In this document: piece after piece, positions 50,140 through 64,000 of the stretch
Layout of the letters: each line of letters starts with the position of its first letter
How positions within the stretch are numbered: position 1 is the first letter of the stretch
Assembly: GCA_965285935.1 (NCBI GenBank)
Contig: OZ260667.1
Location: 23,188,001 to 23,252,000, forward strand
Source of the DNA: Ophelia neglecta
Taxonomy: Eukaryota
Reading direction: 5' to 3'
DNA length: 64,000 nt
Position numbers and translations under genes: made by a program
The notes under the pieces: model-generated
What the model was told of the DNA's origin: nothing
Seen by the model: the letters and a program-made list of their open reading frames with translations, nothing else
Database searches by the model: none

Positions 50140-53100
50140 CTGTAAAATAATCAAACATCGTGACGGAACATTGGCCATGGGAGAATCATTTACAAAATAT
50201 CAGCTGTAATTGAACAACTAGTATCACATCAGTTTATTATACAGCGCATGTGTGCATTAGGAGTTTCGATAACATTACTAATTTCGCTTTACATGTGTTC
50301 ATATATACACTATACTGAATTTTCTAAATTGAAACATGTTTGACTGCGAAAACGCTGAAGTATTACAAATAAGAGATATGCAACCTAAGGCATAAATAAT
50401 GTAATATATTTATGATAATAATGTGCATGAAAAACACCAGTCCATTATCATATTTTGCCTAAGTTTGCCATGGACATTAAGTCAGACCATGGACTATTAA
50501 TATGTCATGGTTACTTTCTCAAAATCCCAGGGAAGAAACATCTGGATGTAGATATTGTAAAATACTACACTGGTCACATTGTTTTTGCCATTTATTCCCT
50601 CGAGAATAAGGGTCTGTGAGTAGGGTAGTGAATTACTAGCATGAGCCATGTGGTATCAACTGATAGCAGACAAAGTATACCTGCATGCAGGTTGTGACCG
50701 AGTATGAATCACCTGGCGCTCGGCACCTGGAACTGATCAGAAAAACCTAATGATATTCGCTCCATTGATTTTGGTCTCGAGAGGGAAGTGAATCATGAAG
50801 AAATGCCTGGCTGCACTGTTCGGTTCTGGTCAATGATGCGCGGTTTTATGCATAATTCATTAGATTAACAATGAAATGTAAAAGTTAAGGCTTACTCCTG
50901 GTTTAAGGCGAAAATTGAAGCTGGAGGTTAAACTGAAAACGCAGGCCGATCACAGCAGTATTGAAGAAATCGAATAGAAGATCACAGTCTTCACCTCCAG
51001 TGAATAAAACAAGCTAATATCTATTTCACAGTCCACCGTATTTTAATAAGTTCATTGTCCGAGTATCGTCCAAATGGACATCCTGGTCCCCGCAAGGCAT
51101 TTGCAGTAAACTAGCAAACAGGTATAGGTGTGAAACATGACGGGTGCCAGTACATATAGTACATAGCATCATACTTATTAGAGCATATAAACCTGTCTCT
51201 CCCGTAACCCATCCGCATCTTATATGTAAATGTTTATTTTCAATTATAATATATTGTTCCCCAGGCGCCTTAAATAGACTTCCTTTTTTTACTTTAGTCA
51301 TTAACAAAAATCCTAGCGGGGTGAGCCCACTTAGCTAGACGTTACATTACTTAATAATTGCATTTTCATGTTTTTAAATCACCGCGATTCCGACTCTTCA
51401 TCTCAAGATATTACCGACATATAATATTTTCGCAAAGACTTGAAAATATTTAAGTCTAGTCCAAAAAAATAGTATAAAATTTTTATGCAGTATTATATAC
51501 ACTTTTGACATCGCAAAATTTTCACCTGCACTGATTTGTCATTATTTTATGCCCTGGGCTATATGGAGTCCCAATTATATATAATGTCTGCATTTGACAT
51601 TGAACACATAAACTCGAACAGACGCGTATACATAGTAAATATACACAAATATCGTGTATTACTGTGGCAGATAAAGACTATTCGCAAAATGGATCTGTTC
51701 CCAGACTTTGGAGCCCACGCCACAGGGAGGTGACACACTCGTACCAATTGCTATTGAAAAATGATAAATCATTTGTAAAATGATTGTCTAAGTTGTGATC
51801 TCACAATTGAACGTCTTTGCTGTCAGATGGTTGGAATTATGGTAAATCTTGTGGAGTGTCCCTTGTGACATTTTCATGCTAATAATGGTTTACATTGTCA
51901 GATTTAAATGGATAAACGTTCACACTGCCAAGACTCTTTGTATAAAATGACTGATGGCCAATTTGAACTTCGTATATGGTCAACATAGCGCCCTGTTGTA
52001 AGCTGTTTGTATACTTTTAATACGAGATCTTTTCTCCTTTGAAGTCAAATATAAGGAAAACATTTCGGGTTCAATATGCTGTATAAATTGAATTATTTTT
52101 CGGTAAATCCAAAGGGTTTTATTTGGTCAACAACGATAAAAAACAAGGAACCTTTGTCAATATGTTAAGTCATAAGGGTATGTTAAAATAAGCATTTCTC
52201 CTCTCATGGGTGGAATGATATCTTTGAGAGTATAGACTTGGGTTTCATTCAAATAACTGCATATCCCAAGTAAAGTGACTTTAACTATATTGTTTGGTTG
52301 AATAACTTAATTTCTGTCTGAAAATGAATATTGTTATACATACATGTATACAGAAAAAAACGGAATAGGAGCATATCAAAAATAAATCAACCTAGTCAAG
52401 AAATATCGTCATATTACACTTGGACCTCGAAGTAGCACAGTTTCTTGCAAATCTATCCGTTTCTGGTTACTTTGTCGGCATATATTTTCTTGGAATATTC
52501 ATCAGTTAAATTTGAAAAGTTGAATCCTTGAAACAGAAGACTCTGATAAACAGTTCTTACCTTTAAATATGTATGAACAATATGAAGTCCTTCGATCGTG
52601 GTGAATTTTCCTTAACTAAGAGTGAAATTCTTCTCCCCTTTCCATATGTGAACGCCATGCAGCACAGCAGCTCCGTGAAGCAATAATGAGGTTTTTAAAG
52701 GCTAAGGTGCGTCTCTACTGCGCCAGTAATGTATAGAGCGAAGGTATCCAGCAGCAACAGGTGTAGAAGGAGATCCCATTCAAGAAGGTCACGATTTCAA
52801 AGCTCAAATAACCCCAGTTAAACCAATCCCATAATGGCACATTCTCTGGCTTTCAAGTTGAAATCAAACACTCAGCTAAGCTTTGATACTCTGTGCAGCA
52901 AGTATTGTTCTTGGGTTCAATTATGAATTTAAGCGTCTGCTGGGATTTCAATTTTCTTCAAATTGACAATATGCTAAATGGGTCACACTTTCGTTACATT
53001 TTAATGTAAATAGTAGGTGCGTAATTGAAATGCAAGTTATACTACAGCTTATGTAAGTAATACTACACGCACTCTTAAACGTAAACGTTTCATGAAATTG

Positions 53101-55429
53101 GCATGGTTAATTTCATTCAAGTGTTTTTTGAGGTGGATTAATTATCATAGTCTCGCATCAGTGTAGAACCGCCATATTCCTCTGCAACAATTAAAATGGC
53201 CGACTCTTTATCATTGTTGTAACCTTTGCCATCTATGGACATTACTGGGTATCTGAAAAGAAAGGAAGTATTTTAAATCTTGTACATATCCCGAATGAAT
53301 GAACTATGACTTTTTATGCATATTTGTTTAAACTTAAATTGTTCCACAAATACCCTTGTTTGCCTTTTCAATATCAGTACAAAATCCATGACGACTAAAA
53401 TTCCCTACAAGGCAAATTTGTAGACTAGCTTTCCATGTTTCCAGATAGTTGATTTATGGGGGATACATCAAGTAAAGAATTATAACATAATTGACAATTA
53501 ATAGTGGTCTAAATATTACCTCTATGCAGGTAGCATAAGTGAGCATGAACTGTTCGTTTGTAAGATGCTAATGCATCTGAGGAAATGCAGCCCTAAATGG
53601 TAGACCTAGAACCCCTTGAACAGTTCAAAGGCTAACGTCATTGAGACACAAGATTAAGCCATTATAGGCCTATTGTGTCTTATTTAAATCGCTGGTATTC
53701 AATACACTGGTCGCCATCGCCCCATTCAAACCTTTTATTTATATGAGCATCTCCGTACATACCTAACGATAGACTATAATGAACAACATTTTTCGGAACC
53801 CCAAAGTTTCTCTATAAGCCTTATGCTAAATCCAATGTCATCTTGCCTGTAACAGCTTGTGGATGAATTGGGACATCTCATTACTTGACTATTCTCATGG
53901 GCACGATTAGTTTAGTTTTCTATTTGCATACCCGGCCTGCTGTGGTTTGCCCCTGGCAACAAATAACGTTAGATGACCAACATTGTCCCGGGCTTAACTT
54001 TATTTATTTTAGCAATCAGCATGTCGGATATCATTGGTAATATCAAACGGAACTATGTGTAAGTTTGTGTTGCATATATTGTTTTGTTATAGGGTGTACG
54101 AAAAGTATAGGGTTAGTTTAATCATGTGAATAGTGCGTATTTAAAATCCATTGATACCACATAATTAACCCATTAAACGAAAGATGTGTTAAGAAATAAT
54201 CAGAATCTTGTCATTTAGCTTGTGTACGACTTGATTAATATAACTTTTCGTCGGGCTTTTTAAGTTAGAATATAAGGTGTTCTGCGTGAATCATCGAACT
54301 GCGATGTGTGGGAATTATTCATGGGAACGACGAAACAAGTTAATTATAGTGCCATCAATTTAGGCACAACTTCACAATAAGTGTTGTGACATTGAATACT
54401 TGCATATCATGTGCTATTGCACTTGTTGAATTATGCATTGTTTGTTTTTAAAAACTGGGATCAAACTGAAAAAAACAGTTTGACCGGTTCCTTGCTTGCT
54501 ATAACGGTTTTATCCAAGTTTTTAAATTTGTAATATGATTATATGTTTCATGTTTCGATGGTGGGTGGACCATTTATAATACATGGGTCATTCGTGGAAA
54601 GAGGAAGTTCTAATTAATAAATAAATAAGTGAATCAATGAATAACCCAAAGGTTCATTTACGAACATACTTACATATACACATATATATTATATATTTAT
54701 AATGGCCTTTAATCCCTCTAGATATATTACTATGTTATTGCTTATTTTCAAATGGTACTCACGATCAATTTCGGTATTTTTGACACATGCAGAAAATATG
54801 ACATAACCAGAGAGTGGACAACATGATTGATCGTAGCAAAATAGCACATTCCTTGGAATAAATACAGGAATGCCATTTAAACCGGCAATTAATCAGAATT
54901 GTACTCAATATTTATACCATTATTAACAAAATCATATTGATGGCAGTGTTTAAGTGTGTCGGAATGAAGCTGACGTTTGTCAATAACTATCCATTAACAT
55001 TGCTCATTAATCAAGTCAAACTTTGAGTGATACTGTACAAATTATATTCATGGTTAGTTATACATAATCACCTTCCCTGATTTAGGGTCAGTGGCCATTA
55101 CATTTGTTTTTGCATGAATGTTTAACTTAAAAATAAAAACTACACACCATTCACGGCTCTTATGATATATCTGAATGATGTGTGCCTGTCGTTATAATAA
55201 TATTTTAGCAGTATTTTGGCGTAAAAAGTCGATTTTCATGACTAACAGAATACTATATTGATAAAAGTATTTCCGACAAGGTTATTGAATACTCATGCGT
55301 TCATTTTTGTTTTTTTAACTTCAATTTGGATTGGAATAAAAGAGTGACAAAACAAATCAGCAGATCACAGGTACCGTCCTCTCTGGCTAAAACGCCGCCC
55401 AACCTAGGTTTTAACTTGAGGCTGTGCCT

Positions 55430-55600
55430 ACACCCCTCCCTGTTCTCTTTCCCCCGCAGAAAGATGTACTAACTGTGGTAATACCCCTCCCATTACCCCA
55501 CAGAAAGTTGAAATGGTCACATCCCTAGCTCTGCACCGCATCCACAGAAAGCTGTACTTGCCGTGCCCACACCCCTCTCCGTTACCCCGTAAAAAAACCT
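55430..55600. repeat. Degenerate minisatellite (about 45-bp unit, about 4 copies)
   Basis: Recurrent acccctcc ... ccc.cagaaag.tgtact blocks. Confidence 0.45.
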
Positions 55601-58600
55601 TCTAAATTGTGTACCCTTGTCGTCGTGAGGACAAACACTATTTATGCATCTGCTTTCAGTCGAACTCCCGTCACCTGTGTTTCTCGACCGTTATTCAATT
55701 GTGCACCAATGTATTGTAATATTTTAATATTATCCATTAACGAATTGCCAGTCAAGCCTCAGTGACCAGGCTTGCCAACCTGAAACTCCCAGACTCTTTA
55801 GCTCATAGCTATTTCAGGTGACAGGTGATGAGTTTCTCTACATTTTGAAACCTATCCGATATGAACATAAAAATGTAACATGCGACATATGGTAATGAAT
55901 TATTCAACCATAGTTCAGCACCAGATGGGCGCGATGTAGCTTGGGCTTGTCAGGGAGAGATGGGAGATTTGATCCACTGCAGTCATAACTGGAAGGCATC
56001 GTGTTTCCATTAGGGAATCCATTAATATAACAAACAACCCAATACCCGTTAACGCGCTTTTGTTCCAGTTCCAATATTCTAGCTGATAATAATTCAGATC
56101 TATGCGAGTGAAATGCGATATACTGATTCCTATATACTCTAAGATTAGATTTATTTTGTAAACAAAATCCAAAATGAATGATACATTTATAGCCCTTTCA
56201 TAAAATGATAGTTCAAGTATTTTGAACTATCATTACTATATACAAGAATTACTTGCAAATAGAGAAAGTATTATCAAACAAAACGTAAGCATAATACATA
56301 ACCATTTAAAGGTGAATGGCAAGATTCCCAATCAAACCCAATATTTAGCTCAGATGAAAGAAAATTGGGTTAGAGTTTCATCTCAACTTAAAGCAAATAA
56401 GAGTAGAATTATATAATCTAATTTGAACACGTGTCCAAATGTAAACCTGGACGTGTCCAAATGACCCCTTTTGACTTCAGATTTGAATCGTAATCTCTGT
56501 TTGATTGTGACAATGATATTTTGCGAATGAGATCCATAACATATAAATAGTTATTTGTATACTCACATTCATGTGAACTCTCAGTCAGCTGCAGGTATAA
56601 GTGTAATGTATAGCCTTTATACTCCTAGCCTGTCAATAGTCAATACTCATTAATTACACCTCTGTATTGCAATAGGTCGTCTGTGTTCCTGTGAATATAT
56701 TGGTCTACTTTTCTATCCTAAAACTATACATACGTTAAGAATATGCACTAGATATACTTTTCTTAATTCAGGTGAAAAGTATCAGTTGCCTATAAAACGT
56801 ATCGACAGTAACGTCTGTATTTTGCGATGAATGGTCGGGACGTCCGACTTTTTGAGACGATTCAGATATCTGCCGTAAAATTCACTGCTGACTCCGGACC
56901 TCGAGGAATGAACAGGTAGAATCAGGTATCGGCAAACACGGTTTACCAGGCCTCGCTCAGGTGTATATTGATTCATATGTGGGAATATCAACCCTCAATA
57001 TAACTTATGATAGAATCGTGCATTATATTGACTTTTGGGCTTTTCTTTTACCATCCAAAAATATTCACATAATTAATCATCTGGGAGATATTTAAGTATA
57101 TTATTTATCTGTGATCCTAAGATATTCACAGTACCGAATGCCTTATAAATGCCACCCATATACATTCATTATTTCGTAATGCATTTTAACAATCTTAACC
57201 TATCAAACAATGAAGACACTAGTTGTCCGATGCTCAAAAGCTTCTTTTTAAATTCAAATTGATATTTATATAATATCTTGGTTCTCTTTATTTTTATTGC
57301 ATTATTAAGCTCAAATTGTTAATCTTATCATAAGCAATGTTTGTCTTTATACTTATTGTATCAGTCAAACATTAGCAGTGCAGTATTTTAAAGAATACAG
57401 GCATATTTAAAACAGGATGTCTCTAGTAAATCTTGTGTTATTCTCACTTTTGGGTATGTTCTGAAATTACACAGAAGAGAATTTATAATAATCCACTCTA
57501 TCTGTAAGTCTGTAAATCACTTACTTTAAACAAACTGCCCAAGTTCTGCTTAGCCAAGATTCATCAGCATGATGTTCATAGCACCTCAACGGTTGATCAA
57601 AATCATTAATCAAGAAGTCGATTAAATCGGTCCGAAATAATTAGCAATCGTAAGCCATAGATCCACATACATCAATTACAAGCCCCCAAATAGAAATGCA
57701 AAAAACAAAAGAAAAAAAGAATTGATAACGCACTAGAGGTGACCACGATAGTCTAAACTCCCTCAAAATCGGAACACTAAAATGAAATTGTCTCATTAAG
57801 CTCAAAACAAGAGAATGATGTGAAAGATGCTTCCTTAAAAAGGAAAATGGTTTCAAATCTCCTCTTGCAATAATATGTAAACTTTGTAAACGTGACTACT
57901 TATACCAAACCATACCACGTTTCTATTGCGACTGAACACATGCACCTATTATATCAGTATGTAGTAGATGCGCAAGGCCTCGCGCCCTATGATGAGCGGA
58001 ACTGATCACTCAGCGCCATTTTAGTCTTTACTGCGTACGCATTAAAAAAAAACGGCAACTTGAATTACATATGAACAGTTCAAATGAGAGTCATCGTTCG
58101 TATATTGACTCTACTTAAGCCGGATGGAATCCTCTATCAGGCATGTGTTATACTTAGATACATTGGTGAAATGTATATCTGTGATTTGGAAAAGTCCGTT
58201 TTTTTGCACCGTTCATAACCATGTAACACATGTATCATTAAATTCAGGCAGAAAAGCACACGCATTTACATAGGCAACAAGTCTCGAGGTATATGATCAG
58301 TTTACTGCTGCTACATCAGACAGAACAAATAAAAGTAAGGTGTATGTATGTATACATATATGTGTATATATAGCTGAATCTTCTTAAATAACGCCTCATG
58401 CACAGTTTGTTTTCATCCGAACTAAAGCATAACGGAAGTGCGAAATCCCCTCTTACTACTGGCCCAAGTTCCGTAAAACTTACCTCGCACTGATGAAAAT
58501 AACAATGTATATAGCACAACAAAAGTAATATTTTACAGATTGTGCGCATCATGCAGTTTCAGTTAAATGACAAGAAAGCAGTCTTTCACAATCTTATTTC

Positions 58601-61375
58601 CATGATCAACCTTTATATAATAAAATAAAGGTAACAGTCTTTATAAAGGAACGCAATATAATTGACCTGTCATTTTTTGATACGAAAACAGAATAAGTGG
58701 TACCGTGGGCGTCATAGGCTCTCAAGCGAAGATATTTCATACTGCTTCCAATGACGAATTCCATATGCATGTATAAGGTATCAAATATAAAAGTAATGCC
58801 ATGTAAGATTTGTATATGTTATGTTGGAAACTAAAGACTATATGAATTGTACATAAGTACGTGCCGCACAACGACGACAATGAGCATTGCGACGATTGTG
58901 CAATCATACATATATCATACGACATATATTTGCTCCCCACTTCTTACAATGATACACTGTTACTTTCCCACATTTAGTAATTAAAACGAAACAAAATTGC
59001 CCTTTTTATGGTCAACGCAGACAACAGAGGAAATAGGTATTAAATCTCCTGGATAGTTCAATAAATGTTAATTATTTAATGTGAGCCTTCAACGCTTTAT
59101 TGTGACTTAACACGCACATCTACAACATACAATATTATATCATTATGAAACAGAAGCACTACTTTCTGTTTCCATTTTTAATATAGGCGTTTTGACATTG
59201 TACAGCCGAAGCCTTATTTGGTTTTTCTTCTTGATTGTTTTAGATATTGTTGGACTATCGGATTTGTGTATTGCACCCTGTCATATAATTATAAATCTAT
59301 TTATCTTGGGGGCTCATAAGCTCCGGCTTCTAGCCTCCAATTGTCACCAACTATATATCTTTATTTGGCTAGATCATAGTGCTCTTATTGATTCTCTGTT
59401 ATTAGTATGCTTTCTTTTCTTATGTTCCACCATCTTGATATTACAATTGTCTTATTATTTTTATACAATCGTGTCAAATAGTTTCTTTTATTTTGGGTAA
59501 TTCGTACCTGTTTACTTGTTTACCTTTGTTGGGGAAAATAAACCTTTTTGTATGGCTGAATTGAATTGAATTGAAATTGAATGGCCCCTGGACCTAAGGT
59601 GAGATAACTCAAAGCCATCGTAGATTATGCTGTACTGCGTGGGTCTTAAAACAATGGCCACTAGTACTGACAAATGAATAATCCATAGGAAAGTCATTGT
59701 ACATTAACTTTCCTTAAGCACGATACAATCATTACGATTGCTACTGTATTGTGCCCCAGTTGAAGTCTTACATGCGTTCCGCGAAACATTTTGCTAGTTA
59801 TTGTCATGTTATGTTTCTATTCTCTGCAAAGCGACTTTGAAGAACTATCCTTGCATCAATGCAATAGCCCATAATATTAAACTTGAAGACTAGTCGTCAT
59901 TAAAAGATGTATAGCTTTCTTTGTGTTTCCATGATATAATGAAACGTGAACGGAAAAACTTTATACAGTGTATTGATTTTGTCCGTATTTGAAAATATAA
60001 ACATATTGAAACAGTTCATTTTCTTATACTGCAATCTTTTGCCAATACCTTTCATGCAAGGTCAAAGGCAAGTAGCATAGTACAGTATAAATGACAACAT
60101 AAAAAAAATCTTGATTTTCCTCATTTTAATGCCAAATATGGCACGAAAGACCGAATGATGCGACAAAAGACATAATCTATTAATGCAGACAAAGCACGTA
60201 TTATTATAAACTTGCGTAATTGCCTTTTTACTCCAGAAAGCACCAAAACAATGCTTATCAATACACGTGTGTGTTTGTCCTTCAAATAAGATTTACCAAG
60301 GGATCTGTTTGTCTTATAGATCTACGAATGAGAGTTAACGTGTATGTAATCTTAACAGGTGTAGTTGGTATACGTGGGAACAACAGGTCAAATAAAAACC
60401 TTATTCTATCGCTGTGCACAGCCATATATCGCTGGGGCGTATTGTTCTCAAATATACGATGTCCACATTTGGAATTATTATCACGGCTAGGCCTACTGGT
60501 ATACACTGGTACTCAATTCTTTGGTATGTTATTGTGTATTGCGTTATTCCCAGTTGGTGACCCCTTGCGCTTTGTTTTCAAAAGTAAATACATCAATATA
60601 CTTTGAGAGATGTCCACCTGATCGAGTGAGTATGCCGAGATAATATTTTTAGGATTGGCAGTGTTTAATACTTACAAGGTGGGTTTTAACATTGACACGT
60701 TTAATTTCCGATAAATATTCCTTTTAATCTTAACATTAACTGCCTTGTTGTCAAGTGCACGGAGTAACTGTACTCCTATAACATCCAAAGATGACCGTCA
60801 ATCCGAAATCACCAGAATAAACCAAGCACATATGTGGTTGGTGGTTCCTTGTGTTTTCGGATTGATGTTGTGCCGGTATGTAGCTTTTGGTGGTTTTCGC
60901 ATTTATGTTGTGTGGGCATGAGGTTGGTGGTTCCTGCTAATTGCGGACAGATTTAATGAGATATAATTCATTGACGATTTTCTTTGGTCTGTCGGTTATC
61001 CAGATCCCGTTTTTTGGTCCGAATTAACTAGTTTTCTCGGATACTGACTTCGCTTCGTCCGTGGGGGTTTCTATTCACTTTTGATCCCTTAAACCTAAGA
61101 CCCTTAAACCAATGACTTCTGGCAAAATTGCTATTTGAAGAAACATGAGGCTACTCGTGTGCCCTACTCGTATGTCCCTTCTGGTGTTTTTCAAATTTAT
61201 GTGGTACAAATATGATATTGGTATATGATGTCTTATTTACTTCAGGTAATGGAAGGAGAGCTTCCCTGATTCATGCTCAATCTACATACCCCTGTTTACT
61301 GGACACAGAAACCAAATGAGAAAATAACGACATCCAATTTTGCACGAGTTGATACTTGAATCCAACTCCATAGTG

Positions 61376-62730
61376 TAAAACACAATACCTACCAATAAGC
61401 TGGAAAAGAAACCCCAGCTACCCTGAAATTGTTCTAAACGGCACTCAATTAGAGAGAACAAATAGCGCGAAACATCTTGGCCTCACTATGAATTCCAAAT
61501 TTAGATGGAATAATCACATCGGCGCCATTTCCTTGGCAGCCGCTCGCAGACTAGGCTTATTGAAACTGCTCAAATATCGAGTTTCCCGTATTGGTCTTAC
61601 TTCCGCTTATCGTACCTTCGTCAGACCACTTCTGGAATACAGCTCCGTTATATTTGACAGCTGCCCAGAATCTGAGGCCAAGGTCTTAGAGGAAATCCAA
61701 CTGGATGCCCTCAGACTTATCACTGGCATACGACGCGGTACCTCTCACCAACTTATCTACTCAGAGAGTGGATTTCGCCCCCTCCGTGAGAGACGAAAAT
61801 GTGCCAGACTGCTCAAATTGCGTTCAATTATTCACCATGATACACCAGAATACCTCTGGAGTAATCTCCCACCTTGTCAGCAACTGACCCGTTATAATAC
61901 TCGTAGCAAACGTCTGAACAAAATTTCTCTCCCTCGAGGCCGAACTGAGCACCTAGATCGAACCTTCTTGTATCGAACTGTCAACGATTGGAACCACCTA
62001 CCTCTGAATGTTAAACTGGAAAGTAACAAACTATCATTCAAAAGACGTATCAATCCAACATATAAACCCCTATTGAAATACTATTTCCTTGGGAAGAAGT
62101 CAACCCAAATCATCCTGGCCCAGCTGAGAACAGGCTGTAGCAAACTCAACCACCATCTGTTTTTGAATAAATGTATCGAGTCCCCAGCTTGCGAATGTAG
62201 CTTTCCCGAGGAATCTCCTCAACATCACTTCTTCCATTGTCCCTTATATACGGTGTTTAGAAATTCCTTCCCACCAATATTGACCTCTCTTGATATTATT
62301 TTACATGGCACATCCAATATCAATTTTAATAATATTATCATCACAGCGTTGGAATCATATTTTACCTCATGTTCCCGCTTGAACTGACCACATCGTACCA
62401 CTCCATTTGAATAACCATACAATCTCCAGGTAGCATGCACATCCTCATACCACTTTCTCACCCATCACTCACTCATCCCATTTCCCTCAACCAAATACTG
62501 CATTCTTTTTTTTTCCTATTTTAGCATGTAGTAATCCATAATAATTCATGCTTGAACTGAGGATATCCTATATCCAATTGTGTAGCACGATACCATATTT
62601 TCAATTATCAAATATTATTAGCATGACGCACATTTAATTTTTGTTTAAATTTCAATGCACCACTGGGGAGATCTCCCGATTAGTATATTTACTATTAGAT
62701 CAATCCAGAATAAATAAATATGTTTAAACT
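61376..62730 (+). mobile_element. 5'-truncated CR1/L2-group non-LTR retrotransposon with a 12-bp TSD (AACTCCATAGTG at 61364-61375 and 62731-62742)
   Basis: Exact flanking direct repeat, internal ORF2 fragment, and a 3' end reading aataaataaatatgtttaaact. Confidence 0.92.
61488..62387 (+). CDS. C-terminal part of LINE ORF2 (RT thumb and Cys/His region)
   Basis: KHLGL just upstream in frame, W..HI, YRTFVRPLLEYSSVIFD, WNHLP, QLRTGCS.LN.HLF, CEC...ESPQHHFFHCPLY. The M start is internal and the N-terminus is missing. Confidence 0.9.
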   Translation: MNSKFRWNNHIGAISLAAARRLGLLKLLKYRVSRIGLTSAYRTFVRPLLEYSSVIFDSCPESEAKVLEEIQLDALRLITGIRRGTSHQLIYSESGFRPLRERRKCARLLKLRSIIHHDTPEYLWSNLPPCQQLTRYNTRSKRLNKISLPRGRTEHLDRTFLYRTVNDWNHLPLNVKLESNKLSFKRRINPTYKPLLKYYFLGKKSTQIILAQLRTGCSKLNHHLFLNKCIESPACECSFPEESPQHHFFHCPLYTVFRNSFPPILTSLDIILHGTSNINFNNIIITALESYFTSCSRLN

Positions 62731-63310
62731 AACTCCATAGTGCGTCAATAGGGCAATCTAGTATATGTTATATGCCTTTTTACATGTTTTCTTATGAAAA
62801 TATCAAACCACCCACAGTGAACCACGGAAATTGGAAATAGGAGAGCATGGTGAACACTTGAATGACCCACATTATATGGTCTCTTGTCTGCCACCAATCT
62901 AATTGGCTAAGTTCACGTTAAGTTGGTTCCTTACAGCTTATCAAGAAACAAGCGTTGTTAACATGTGTTTTGTGATGTTTGTTATAATACATGCGGATTT
63001 TGGCAGCAATTGGACTAAATTATATAGTGCTTGCATGAAATCTTACACATGTTTTGCTGTGACAATATATTAGGCCGACTATTTCCGACAAAAAAAAATT
63101 GTTGAGATATCATATTGTGATCTCAGGGAATATCAGATTGAATAAAAATCTACTAGCGTGTTGCACACAATAACACCGTATATAAGCCGATATAGATGGG
63201 CATTATGCCGTAGTTTGTTTTAACACTGTGCATATCCAGAGTTAAATTTATCTGCGAGTCTTAATTCATTTTGCGTTGTGTAAATCATCAAGGTGTTTTT
63301 TGCAGCAAGC

Positions 63311-64000
63311 ATGATTCAGTTAACATCTGAATGTGACTCTGGATCTACGGTCTCTAACAATGGCGGACGTGAGACATGGACTTCAGCGACGCCACATTCA
63401 TCGGAAGGAAATTCAAAGCAGCGGTCATATATCCTTGAAAAGGAGGAAATAGATGGTATGCGTATCACAGCAATTATTCCCCACCTACTTCTCTTCTTTG
63501 GTTTTACAACTTTTCTTCTGATTTCTTTTTGCCACTATCGGATGAAAAGACGCCAGCGAGCACTCGATCAACAGCTAACTATGGTTTACCGAGCAATATC
63601 TATTACCAGGGAGAGAGAGGGAAGACCTCCTATGCGGTGGTCAGCCAAACGCAACCATTATGTGAATCCTATGTCCAGGGCAGCCCTAGGGTTCGTTTCA
63701 AACACCCAAAGACAATTGCCAGTAGGCCTAGACTCGTTTGAAGGAGACAAGACTAATCCTCCGGATATAACCCATGTCGTACCAATCGAAGCGCTTCCGG
63801 TGACCAACCCTACTTCTTTCGAGCTCTCACGCATTGAATGCACGGATCGGAAAGACTTAATTCAAGGCCATCCATTTGCCGCAGACAGTGAACTGATTTC
63901 TCCCAAACCGACCACAGATGTGACGAGACATTGTGGACTATCACATGCATCAGAATTAGACTCGGGCCCACTGGACATTCCTGATAAAGAAGCATCATAT
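63311..64000 (+). CDS. Partial gene for a single-pass membrane protein of unknown family (ORF runs off the window)
   Basis: Acceptor ttttgcag at 63305, ATG 63311, and a frame open for 230 codons to the window end (absent from the ORF track because it has no stop). A Ser/Thr-rich N-part is followed by the TM ITAIIPHLLLFFGFTTFLLISFC and a basic stop-transfer HYRMKRRQR. Confidence 0.7.
   Translation, partial: MIQLTSECDSGSTVSNNGGRETWTSATPHSSEGNSKQRSYILEKEEIDGMRITAIIPHLLLFFGFTTFLLISFCHYRMKRRQRALDQQLTMVYRAISITREREGRPPMRWSAKRNHYVNPMSRAALGFVSNTQRQLPVGLDSFEGDKTNPPDITHVVPIEALPVTNPTSFELSRIECTDRKDLIQGHPFAADSELISPKPTTDVTRHCGLSHASELDSGPLDIPDKEASY

Noticed and set aside
57988-58008. C/D-box-like atgatga...ctga
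   Set aside because: The boxes are only 6 nt apart, with no guide region or convincing terminal stem.
50200-61300. Many short ORFs in AT-rich upstream/intergenic DNA
   Set aside because: Composition looks random, with no motifs and no consistent splice chain.

Overview
AT-rich, intron-containing DNA from an invertebrate animal (GT-AG introns, LINEs, DNA-transposon relics); it is not prokaryotic. Two main systems are present. (1) Positions 1.3-38 kb hold a tandem cluster of six CD225/dispanin (IFITM/PRRT-like) genes. Each has a short first coding exon, a phase-1 intron and one exon carrying the whole CD225 domain; four have Gln/Pro/Tyr (QPYPG) repeat N-termini. Copies 2 and 3 are a segmental duplication, and copies 2-4 show a gene-conversion signature. 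(2) Positions 39.8-50.1 kb on the minus strand hold a class C (mGluR-like) GPCR. I assembled it by hand into 21 phase-consistent coding exons (about 1850 aa). It has THREE tandem Venus-flytrap (VFT/ANF_receptor) domains, each ending in a short 3-Cys linker instead of the nine-Cys domain, followed by one 7TM. Only the middle VFT keeps the full alpha-amino-acid-binding signature. This triple-flytrap receptor is the most unusual feature in the window. The window also contains a young 5'-truncated CR1/L2-type LINE with a 12-bp TSD, a decayed LINE, a Harbinger transposase relic, MITEs, minisatellites, an orphan Tudor-like exon, and the start of a single-pass membrane-protein ORF that runs off the right edge. 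Exon models come from manual reading of the sequence and have no transcript support.
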